From: Paraphysomonas bandaiensis
Lineage: Eukaryota > Protista > Chrysophyceae
Direction of reading: 5' to 3'
Assembly: GCA_965644295.1 (NCBI GenBank)
Contig: CBFFRP010000324.1
Span: 186,001 to 250,000, forward strand
Length of the DNA: 64,000 bases
In this document: positions 49,297-61,100 of the stretch, one piece after another
Position numbering within the stretch: position 1 is the first letter of the stretch
Layout: every line of letters begins with the position of its first letter
Made by a program: the position numbers and the translations under genes
Notes under the pieces: model-generated
What the model saw: the letters and a program-made list of their open reading frames with translations, nothing else
Database searches by the model: none
What the model was told of the DNA's origin: nothing

Positions 49297-49612
49297 TAGG
49301 GATAAGGAACAATATGTTGCAATTCTATTATTGTTACAAAGCGTCCCATCATTAATATTGATGGATTCATTTAAACCTTCCCAATAATACTATTGGTATA
49401 TATTAATGTCATTAATCAGTAATTAACATGCGTAAATTCTATATTTAGTACTTTCCATTGCGAATTGCGATCACATTATAATCTAACCATCTAACCCACT
49501 ACGCTGGCAAGCAAAGACTGTCTACTTCTTCGCTAATTACAATTTTTCTCCTACTTATTCTCTGAGCCATCATCGGTGACGTTATCATCATCACATTCAT
49601 TCAAAATTAACT
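49297..49612 (+). mobile_element. Diverged end fragment of the CAGGGCTA hAT-like family
   Basis: tagggataaggaacaatatgttgcaat...ctctgagccatcatc...tgacgt...attcattcaaaatt is collinear with 46362-46672. Confidence 0.7.
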
Positions 49613-49689
49613 GAAATATGCATGCATCCGGCCACAATTGTTGATTAGTTTTCAGAAACAGCATCACATTAAGTGTAGTGCACATCTAA

Positions 49690-50629
49690 TTAATTAGCAA
49701 TAGGCGTGTGGCGTGTGAAAGTCAGAACTAATCTAGAAAAACAATTTAACTTACTAGTGCTTAACTCTGATATCCTACTATTTGGCGCTACTAAAGCTGC
49801 TTGTGCGTCACCGCAAGCACCAAGGTGCAATCACTTTCGCTCTTTGTCCGCGGTGAACAGCCCGGATGCTAGACTTCAGTAGGTAGCCCAATACCCCGGA
49901 TGCCCTTGAGGTGGGACCACTCGCGGATGACTGTTTATTCGTCAATATACCCAATGACGTCTACACGAGTGACACTAATTATAGTGTCCTTTGTACCACA
50001 CACAAACAATTGGCTATGAGTGGGCAGAACAATATCTGCTGACTATATATATTATGCGGCTCACGTTAGTTTCCCGGCGAAATATATCCGGTACTTATCT
50101 ACTAACCAACATGAGATTCGTCATCTTCTTTTTGTCGCTACTATTGCTGTCAGAACGGAGATATATTCTAACAGTATCTTTCTCACATACACATTGTCAA
50201 AATTTTATTTAATTTTGGTATTTGATTTAATCAAATTCTCTGTTTCCTGGATTTTTGCAATTCCATTCTCGAAATTCGGACCATTAGCAATGGAACTGTT
50301 TCTCGTTAAAAAGAGATAGGGGATATCTAGCCCTGAAGTTTCTGAACAAACCAAACGCTTGTGGGACATTAATATAAGTGTCACTTGTGTAAACGTGTGC
50401 GGGCCCTGACGAATGAACAGATATCCGGGAATGGGCCCACCTGGGTTTGGATTGAGCGATAGCGAAAGTGGTTGTATTTTGGTGCTGGTGTGGCGACGCA
50501 AAAGCAGCTTCCGTAGCGTTAAATAGTAGGATATTATCAGAGTTAAGCACTAGTTAGTTGAATAATGCAATGCTAAATTAGTTCTGACTCTTATACGTGT
50601 ATTGCTGATAATAAGACATTCTCGCTACT
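49690..50629. repeat. Family X inverted pair (minus copy about 49690-50005, plus copy about 50360-50629)
   Basis: Both arms share gtgtcactYgtgta...tgacgaat.aacag...cccacct...gcgaaagtg...gacgca...gtagcg..aaatagtaggata..tcagagttaagcactagt. Confidence 0.88.
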
Positions 50630-51187
50630 ATATTCAATTTCTATATTGTCGACGGACCACTGTTATGAACTGTTGTGTTTTGGTTGATCTGCTGGTATCG
50701 ACATCATCTTCCCAATCAACAGTAGTTGGGGTATTGTGTTTTTCATGTGTTCAACAGGGTAAGTAGAGCAGCTTGACATGCACCATCATATATATATATG
50801 TAGGTATTGTATTGACAGTGTAGTATATCTTTACCACATTCGCAGTGTGTGGTCTCGCATTCACTTTAAAAGGAATGATAAGGCTATTCTAGTTTTCTTT
50901 TGATCTCTCCCTCTTCAGACTTCTTGTAACGTTGAGGTGTACAGAGTACAGATATACTGGCCTTGTATCGTTTCGTCCTCTCCTGCAGTAGTTGAAGATC
51001 ACAATATTTTTTCGTTATCACGCCGTCAGATGTAGTGGAATATGGCTTTATACTCGTTTAACAGTGCGAGTAGTATGTGATTCATGCTGATGCATACCAG
51101 CATACCGTGAATAGACTATATGTAGTTGAAGTAGATTGTGGGTAATACGCTTGCTGTAGTCCAGCTGCTGAACACTTGATTGTATAT

Positions 51188-51330
51188 AGCTTTCGTAGCG
51201 TTATAAGAATATGAGCTCTAGTTAGTTGTGTTTGACTATCTATCTAGAAGAAGTCTATCTAGCTTGACTAGTGTCCATCCAGCTACTCATCTGATACTGA
51301 TGCTAGACGCCTATTGCTCATATTAAGACT
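51188..51330 (+). repeat. Highly decayed family X copy
   Basis: agctttcgtagcgtta...ctagttagttg...acgcctattgctcatattaagac. Confidence 0.5.
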
Positions 51331-51660
51331 TTCACACTGAACACTTGATAAAACCTGTATGTTTTTTTCTATACCACTATTATTTTCAGTAAAAGCTTAA
51401 GATCAAACGTAAGCATTAATACCTTTTTAATAGCAACAATTACGCCGAATAAAACTACGGGCTATACATAAAAATATAGATTCGATAAATCTAAAACCTA
51501 TAAATTAAAATCTTTTATTTAAGAAATTGTTGCGCTGTATGTTATCAGGTAAAGGTTGAGGTTAATTCATACATTACATTTCAAACCATTTCTGCCATAC
51601 GCACCAAAATAAAGTACTAGTAGTATGATAGTTTTGTTTATACTTGTTTACTATTACAGT

Positions 51661-54600
51661 CTAGTCCAGGCTTGTTGCAACCCAACGTCCATTGCTGAAC
51701 GTCGCCACTCTTCGAAGCATCTCTCTAAATACAGGAGCAAATTGATCAGGCAAATCGCGGAAGTTCTCCAGTATAGCTTCTGTTGTCAAACCCTGGGCTG
51801 CAGCGGGTTGACGGAACACTCGCTGTAGCCTTGCAAGAATCGATACTGTGCTTCCATCTCCAGTCTGAATCGGAATCGTACTATTTGTGTGTGGAGGGGG
51901 CTCACTGCCAGCAGACGATCGACCGTTCACACGACGTAGACCAGCAAGCATTGATGCAGCTCCCCTGCCACGGCCTCGTCCACGGCTGCTCGCTCGGAAT
52001 GCACTAGACTCAGGTGGTACATTATCGGGGTAAATGTTGTTGGAGTTTCGCAGATGAACGAGGGCATCGTCAACTGCCTTTCTAGCAAGTTCAGATACTC
52101 TGGCATCCTGTGCTCGTCCTTGTCCACGACGTGAACGACTTGATCCACCTTCGAAATACCCGTGGTCATAAACAGCGGAGATTGCTTCGCCGTTGAACAG
52201 CGCTTGCAAGAGGCGTCTATCACGATCGTCAGTGCCGCTGGAGGTATCAGCAGGTGATTGGGCTGTTGGATTTTCAACAGGAGCAATAACGTACCCACCA
52301 TCACTGGTTTCATCGCCTCGGTGGTGGATACCATTCCCCTGTGTAACATCGGTGTCTTCACGATCGTCCTCATCCTGTTCTAAGTCTACCTCACCCTCCA
52401 TGGGCAAATCTAAATACTTCTCCACAGGGTTATCATCAGAACCACCCAGCTCAAACAACTCGCGTATATCCGAATGAGAGAAGAAACGCTTTTGCCGTGG
52501 ATTATCTAGAATCCGATTAGTCAGGAGAAGTTTAAATATCTGCCGCTGATAAATCTTCTCTTCTATGGTGCCCTTGGTAACAAGGCGGTAAACAGTAACT
52601 TCACGCTTCTGACCAATCCTCCACGCCCGCTCCCTAGCCTGTATATCAGTCTGTGGGTTCCAATCGGGGTCCACAACAACAACTCGATTAGCGGCAGTTA
52701 ACGATATTCCTACCCCTCCAGTACGTGTTGTAAGTAGAAGGGCAAAAACGGAATCATCGGTATTGAACTTCCTCACGATTCCGTCTCGTTTCGACACAGG
52801 GGTTAGTCCATCTAGCCTCATATATGAGAGGCCGAGTTGCCCCAACATGACGTCGATCATATGCATCATCCCATGCATCTGACAAAATATTAATACCTTG
52901 TGATTCTCAGACTTCCACAGAGGGAGAATTTTCTGAAGAACTAGAAGCTTTCCTGACTCTTCCCATGGAATATCCCCAGTTCTAAGTCGGGCGACATCAG
53001 GATCCTCGTCACAATCACCACTAGAAATTGAGTCGGATTTGTGCCACTTAATGCTTCCCTGTTGGTACGCAAGAAGAGGGTGATTGCACAGCTTCCGGAG
53101 GGTCATGATGGCCTTAAACGCGGGTCCCATACGACGAATTGCCCTTTCCACTTCTGGAGAAGAAATAACTTCTTTGTAAATTTCCCGCTGCTGTGGTGAT
53201 AGCACGCAAAATATAACCTATACAAACAGAATACACACAAGAAGTAACGATTAGTATATTCCTAGTACTGTAAGATTCAAACCTGTTCAGTTTTGTTCGG
53301 TAAACTAACATGACCGATAACATCATCCTTTCGCCGGCGCAATAGAAACGGGCGAATCATAGCCTGCAGTGTTGTGGCGGTGCGAATAGCTATCTCCGAT
53401 TGCAGATGTGTGGCAGTACTATAACCACCAATTCTAATCGGATCAGCAAATTCAATTTCGAAAGCTGTGAGTGTACCAAGCCGCCCAGGAAATACAAAAT
53501 CGAAGAGACTCCAGAGCTCTTTCAAGGAATTTTGGATGGGAGTCCCTGAAAGGATGAGTCGATGATAAGATGGAAGCGCCTTACATACTGATGTAATCTC
53601 CGCATCGGGGTTTTTAATTTTCTGGCCCTCGTCCAGGCAAACTGCCGCCCACCTGGTGTTAAGGAGTAAACCCTTCATTCTCCTTAAACCCTCGTATGAT
53701 ACAACAACAACAACGCCATCTGGGGCGGGATGGTTAGCCGTGGGAGAAGATATGCGTTGTAAAGCCCTCCCTATGGCCTTCGTACTAACAGACTGAATAG
53801 CAGCGAATGATGGACTAATGGAATGCATGATCACCGTTCGCAGCTCCGGTGCCCAGCGATGCATCTCACGGAGCCAATGGTTCTGTACAGTAGCCGGACA
53901 AACAATCAGAAGCATCGGACTTTGCCGTTGTCCAGCCTGGACATATCGCTCTTTCTCCGCCCACGCTACTGCAGAATAATGTACACATAGCTGAGCCGTT
54001 TTTCCTAAAAGTAAGAAAAAGACAACACAAGGACTTTAATACAACAATGACACTTTTCACATTTACAGGCACTAACCGAGTCCCATCTCGTCACCTGGGT
54101 GCATTATCATTAGTTCTAGGCGAATGAGTATTATTTTACACTTACCCAGAATTCCTCCAGACCCACCACCACTCCGATACAGATTCCACATCCACTCAGT
54201 TCCTTCTCTCTGATATACATATAGGTTCTCCCAGGCCTTTCCGTCTACCCAAGCACCATGGGGAGTCAGCACTGCTCCTTCATTGGGGGGACGCGGCGGT
54301 TCCGAGAGACCACTACCTTGTTGAGATTCTAAGTTCGTGCTATGAGATGCAGAGAGAAGGTTCGTTATTCCCTCTCTATGAGACTGTAGGCGAGCCAAAT
54401 ATACCTCTAGCTCCCAGTCGTCGACAACTGTCACTGTATCACCTTTCACCCGGCTTCCAGCATTACTTTTTCTGGTCGACGATGCAGTGGTACCTTTGTG
54501 CTCTAATTCATCATCATCATCACTGACGGCAGAGCAAGTACCACTTCGAGGACTGCTGTTCCACTCATACTCCACATCCCCATCAACAGACTCCTCTTCC

Positions 54601-55562
54601 TCCGCGTCAGCGAAATCTATTTCATCATGAGCAATCAATCGTTTGTTCGGCCGACATCTATCCGCAGAGGACGACGACAATGTAGAGGAGCGACGAGAAC
54701 ATCTGTCAAGATGGCGGTCCATCACACTATCTGCTGAGCTACCTGGTTGAATTGCCACCATACACATGCATAAAGGACACTGCACTTCTTGCACATTACT
54801 GCTCGCTCCTTGGGATCCGCAGTCTGCTGTTGCACGACGGCGTTGGCTTCGACGCGAAACTACTGGTGTCATGTCGGGCGTACGCTCAGCCGTCGTGCGC
54901 AGAGAAGAGCGTGTACTCGGAACTGGCACACTCATACCACCACTAGGAGGGATTCTAGTATCACTCTTACTGCTCTCAACAGTGGAGCCTCTCTGTCTAT
55001 CATCTGATTGCTTAGCTTCTTCGTGTAGCTGCGATATACTCAACTCCATTGCATTTCTTTTGGCTTTAGTAATCTCACTATCACGCACTTTAGCCATTCT
55101 ATCACGTGTTCTGGGCCGATGAAATGTAACCCGCATATCCCTATTGGCCTCAAGACGAGATACATCCTCATCATTCACAGTCTGTGTAGCCCGAACCTCT
55201 GGACGATCCGGCTGTATTGTATTGTTTCTCGGAGCCATCTGAACAGATAGCATGTCCTCTGGATCCAATTCAACCGCATCAGCAGATTGTTTCCTACATA
55301 CATTCTGTAGGAAACGATATTTTAATAATAAAAGATTGTAATCTCCTCCTGTGGAAGGTTCATATGTATCGATCTCATTCCTTAATTTATGTAGTAGATT
55401 ATTCAGTGATACACTCGAGAGTTGTGGAAGATCTCGTACAGTAGGTTGAAGAATTGGATTACTTGAAGTGATTGACTTCACAATTTTTTCACGTAAAATT
55501 CTTTGTTGAACAACTTTTTCATCTACTAAATTCACACCCATTTCACTTAATAATGTATCCAT
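51661..55562 (-). CDS. ERCC6: DNA excision repair protein ERCC6/CSB/Rad26 (SNF2 ATPase)
   Basis: LYVYQREG, GGILGDEMGLGKT, LDEGQKIKNPDA, LSGTPIQNSLKELWSLFDFVFPGRLGTL, DPDWNPQTDIQARERAWRIGQ and a CSB-type C-terminal winged helix (FREMLRRVATF...W). Confidence 0.95.
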
Positions 55563-55745
55563 GATGTTGATAGTAATCGAATAACTTCACCTCTTAATGT
55601 CTTATCGGACTATGCATATGATGACTCACTCGAGCAGTGATATGATACATATCAACATGCATCATCACACTGAATGAATAGAAGTCCATGAAGTCAGTCA
55701 TTCTTCATATAGAGTGAGTGTCAAATACGGATGTAGTCAAAACTA

Positions 55746-56536
55746 CAGTGGACAGTGGACGACTTCCAAAACCCCCTCTGCCTGTAGTTTTCGAAAATAC
55801 ATGTATACCATGGTAAACTACAAGCGTGACCTCCAAAACTATTATTGTATCGGCCGTCAGCATCTCATTTTTCGGGAATAAATTGAAGCAAAACTTGACT
55901 ATATTACTGATATTCAACTACGTATGGAATACAGATAATTGTTGTCTCAATATTAGAGGCATCTTGGAACAAAAATATACAAAGGATGCCAATTCTACTC
56001 ATGCACATAAATTGCACTACACAAATGACTATTCATAGAGGAGATACATCGTGCTATTGAAAATAAGCAAGGTGTGGAGTGCTTTGGAGGGGATGGTGAA
56101 GACGAAGTTGATGGGGACAGCGAGATGGACGATTGCGGTTACACATTACTTGATTCAGCTTCTTCTTCGAATACGAATGACTCTACGGGAGAGAACTACT
56201 TAAACTCTCCGATTTTTCTTCATTAAGCGATCCAATGTCGGAAGCCTAATCAAGTAATGTGTAACCGCAATCGTTCATCTCCTCGCTGTCCCCATCAACT
56301 TCGTCTTCACCATCCCCTCCAAAGCACTCCACACCTTGCTTATTTTCAATAGCACGGTGAATCACCTCTATGAATAGTCATTTGTGTAGTGCAATTTATG
56401 TGCATAGTTTTGGAGGTCACACTTGTAGTATATGGTGGTAGTATACATGATTTTCGAACATTTGTTACACACTTTGTGACGGACTTTGTGACACGTCACA
56501 AAAAACTACAGAGGGGTTTTTGGAAGTCGTCCAGTG
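55746..56536. mobile_element. Fold-back (almost fully palindromic) non-autonomous DNA transposon with TA flanks
   Basis: Ends TA-cagtggac..gacttccaaaacccc and ggggtttttggaagtcgtccagtg-TA. Inner arms 56001-56160 and 56241-56405 are near-perfect reverse complements. Confidence 0.85.
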
Positions 56537-58190
56537 TATAGCACGACGAACCTGGTACTTGTATGTCGTATCCAGTACTGTATGTATGTGTGCGGAGAGT
56601 ATCATACAGCAGTAGGCAGCAGGAGCAATGATGGATCTTATTGTATCAGCAGATCACTAATCACAGCTACTGTATGAACCATTGAGAGAAGTATATGTGA
56701 GTTGTTCTTTCCTATTAGGCACTTCATTTCGTCTGCATATGGTACTCAACAGTGTGGTTGATAATGTTCAGAGACAACAAAACAATACCAACAAAGAGGT
56801 ACAACCCATACGACGATAGAATAAGGCATATACAGGGGGATTAATCTACCACATATGCCAGTATAGCTAACAGAATGTAAACTGTGTGTTGCACAGTGTT
56901 CCGTTATATGTCTCATCGGTTATCATCAGTTCATGTGTACAAGACAGCTTTCTACACACCTAAGAGATCAATAGATACATAAGAGGAATATTATATTCCA
57001 TTTTATTGCCGTTTCTGCTGTATTTAAACTATGGGAACGAAGTTATCGAAGAACTCGTCTCAATCTGCATCACACTCCTCGATGTCTTCGTATCAAATAC
57101 CCAATACCGGCTTTCATTGACCTTATCATAGCCCCCCTCAGTGAGCTGAAGACCAAACTCAAGTGTGATACTGTTTCGCATTATAGTGATGCCATTGAAT
57201 ACTCTCTTTTTTGAGAAATGTAGTCAACTGAAATAGGTTTTCTGTTTCACTGAAGAGAGAGGACGGACAATCTATAAGTTTAAGTCTTACTTGATACATT
57301 CACTGATTAATTACTTTAGTTCTCTTTAGCTTGTTGCAATATGTTACGCATAATATTTCAGCTAGTTTACTAGACACACCATGATTTCTGCTAATTGTGG
57401 ACGCAAAGCACGTAACATATTTCGCCTTGCAGTAATTTGCATTTTGACGTGATTGTATAGAATCTGTTGTATAGAACAAAACTTTCATTCTATGATGAGA
57501 TTATTAATTTTAATCAACGTCACTTATCATTCATTGTCAACCGCGAATCTATCAACCATTCTCATACTTTATATCACGATGTTATATCTTATAGATCCAA
57601 AGACCCTGATTATGACAAAATCGACCCTACTATAGACCAACTGCGGAAAATATCACATCTACTTGCGGACGCGATCTCGAATAACAGCTACAACTTAAAC
57701 CCTTTCAAGCTTTCTCTTATGTTTGTCACTCACACTATCGTCTCTTATAAACGCAACTTAACCGCTGGGACAAATCAGAATGACTGCAGCATGGTATATG
57801 CTGTATAGGCGTATCACTGCGTGATATACCCTTCCATACTTCACAAGTGTTACCCCACACTCCCTTTGGATCTAATTAGGTTATTACACTTCAATTTCAA
57901 AATGATGTTTCGACTAGTTCTATTTCACTTTTGTCGCGAGTAATTCCTGTCAGTCATCAGAAACACCTCGTAGTCCTCTACCAACATAACTCCCCTATCA
58001 TAAGTAGTTAAGTTGTATGCGTAGAGATTCAAGATTGATGATATACACATTACATGTGTATTGTGACTACAAGTCTCCTTTTACTTTAAAAAAAGTGTAA
58101 ACAAAAACTCACAGTTTCTACATATTTACATATACATGGGTTAGGAATAAATAAAATCAGAAATATAAACGTGAAATTAAGTCGCTGTTT

Positions 58191-61100
58191 TCACGGCTCT
58201 ACTCTTGGGGCTAATATTTCGGTTGGAGGACCACGACTGCCACTGCCATCCGAATTCGCTGCTCCCATTCTAGGTACTCGTAGTAACCGACCAGCAGGTC
58301 TCTGTTTCTGAATGGAATCTAGTTTACCATTAGCACTACGTAATGACTCACGGAGAGATTGGAGTGTGTTTTGAAGAGATGAAACCTTTCCACGAATAAC
58401 TTCCTCAACGCCTTCCTCTACCGTTGCATCTACTGTGTCAGTAGATACTGATACTTGGCGTGATATGGTGCCTTTCCTGTGCGGAGCTACTTTCTGATTA
58501 GAATCCAGAACAGACAATGTGTCTTGAATTAAGCTCAGTCTTTTCTCGATAACAGTGCTTCGATGTTCAGAATGCCCCCCATGGCTTGCGGTGTCCTCAC
58601 TGCTTCGACGTATGATTAGATCACCAGATACATCTGTTTCAAGTGCATGCTCTGACTCTACTTTCTCTTGTAGACCAAGCAATCCAATAGGAATCCAACT
58701 GACATCGCCATTCTCCATGCATTGGCGGACATACATCTCCAGGCTGGTGTCTTGACTACGGGGTTGTTGCCAAATCCTCATTACAAAATATAGATAATTC
58801 CACATATTGTGTGTCACAGTTCTGTGCGAATAGAAGTCCACCGTCTCTCTGGTTTTTCGTTTGTCGAATTCGTGCCTGTCAATTCCACATATGAAGCATC
58901 GGTTGGAAATATGCTCTTCTCTTTCCTCCTTGATATTACGGAGCTCCCCGAAAGTATTGATGATAATACCAAAAAATATATTCCTCAGAATTACAACTAT
59001 TATGAAGTAAATCCCTACATCAAGAATCATTCTATTGCTGGTTGTGTCGACCATGTACTGCCCAAGACCTTCAGTTGCTCTGATGCCATAGTTGAAGGCC
59101 AGCAACACACTATGATACATACTTGTATTTTCTTCAGCAAACTGATAATAGTCAGTTCGAAAAAATAGGAATATGACTGCGGCTGTTATGTAAAGAGCAA
59201 TAACCATTATGATAAAAGTTGAAAACAACTGCCGAGCTGGAATCACAACAGCGTATAGAACATCTCTACTCGTTGAATCAAGAACAATGTAGTCTAGCAG
59301 CAACACAGACAAAAACAAGTAATGCTTCCACAAAGCAAGAACTGTTACTCCCAGGTAACAAAAATACCAAAGCGGTAATATGTCTGTTATAGCACATGCA
59401 AAGGACATCAGCATACTGTGACCTGATGATATATTTGTATTGAATGACACAGGAACACGGACGACCAAAGACACCAAAAATATTACAGCTGAAAATACTA
59501 CGTGAACGATATTTAATCCATATAGGACGCGTCGAATTTCATCTGGTAGGCGAATATTACCCGTGGATCTTTCTTCCACGTAGTACACTGTCAAAAGGAT
59601 ATTCATAGCAATAACATTGGCGAACATTATTCTAGAGAGAGTTCCAATGAAGTGCCACACATTACCAACACCATAAGATTTAAGAGTTTGTTGGTGAACC
59701 GCTTCACGGTGTAAGCCCTCGGCATGTTTCATAAAATCTTTTAATTTCAACTCTTGGCTCACACAATTCATGTGCTCAATAATTTTTCCTTTACTACTCT
59801 CAGATAGGTCCTTCGCAAGTTCCGGAATGTGAAAATAGTGCCTATGTAGGTGTTGGTCCCAAACTACTTCCACAGAAGAGATATCACTGTCTATACATTT
59901 CTGAGCATTTGAAGGCATTTCGACATTCTTGTCATTGAGGGATTTCAAAAACACAAGATATTTGGCCTGAAGTCGAGTTAACTTTTCAACATCTGTAGTG
60001 AGACCAAATTCGTCAGTGATACTTGGAACAATTAAAACGTTTAAGACGTTGACTTCTATAGCTGTTTGAACTCGTTCCAGAACGACTGAGTCGCTGGGAA
60101 GGCCTTCTATAGAAGCCCGCAGCACATCAATTACAAATTCTTTCAAAGTTTCGGAATCAGAACCCCATTCTACAGTATAATTGTACGATGGGCGGGCACT
60201 TCTCATCAGTCTGTTCATCGCAACGAGCATGTCAGTGTGCAGAACAAAATGCTCTTGACATCCTTTGCTGGGGCCATGTAGAATACCCAATATCGTGTGT
60301 ATCACACGAATGGCAACCTTTGTGCAAGTGTGTCCTTCGAGCCTACTCAACACATCAATAAAATTGGCAAGAATATCCAATATGTTGACAAAGCGGGTAT
60401 TTCCCTCCTGTTCTCTTAGAATATCTTTGTTACTCATAAAATTTCCATCACACATCGCCCTCAAGAGAGTCAACATAACCATACAATCTGGTAGAGGAGA
60501 AGAAAAATCGGAGTTCTCCGAGGCACCTTCAAGTTCCGCATAGCGCTTCTGCATTTCAATTATCTCTTTCGTTTGCTCAAAAAAGAGAGTCGAATCCTTC
60601 TCAGATAAATATGTGTTTATTGTTTTTTGCACATTAATGTTTCCTCCACGCCTCACAAGTATAACAGTGAGCAACTTCGCAGCTTCGATGCTGAGCTTAA
60701 CGTCTATACCTATGGCAATGAGATCAAGGCACATGAACGTAACACCGCAATTGTCAAAGACATCGTGAAACCAAGAAGTGTCGGACACCTCAACACCTTG
60801 AAGAGGATCCGAAATTTCTTCGATTTTATATCCGATTTGCTTTTCAAGAATGTACCGCAATGTACGCACAAACCACATTGCAGATGTTGCCACATTTTTC
60901 TGGAGCGAGCAGGTAGTTGACGTCTTTTCAACTTGTGTCCGCATGTAGTTAGTAAGTTTAAGAATAAAAGGTTCTAATCGAATGTCTGACACACTTTGCT
61001 CCGCAATCATGGGTATTCTTGTGAATGTTTGAATGGATGCCTCTTGAAGATACTCATCCGGAACTTTAATCTTTTCCAAGAATGCTTGAAATTGACGGCG

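Noticed and set aside
50405-50470. Hammerhead ribozyme (CTGACGA...GAAA) in family X
   Set aside because: Stem II and stem III pairings and the UH cleavage site could not be formed.
57000-57808. Coding-like fragments downstream of the channel gene
   Set aside because: Interrupted by stops with no identifiable homology; possibly debris, but unsupported.
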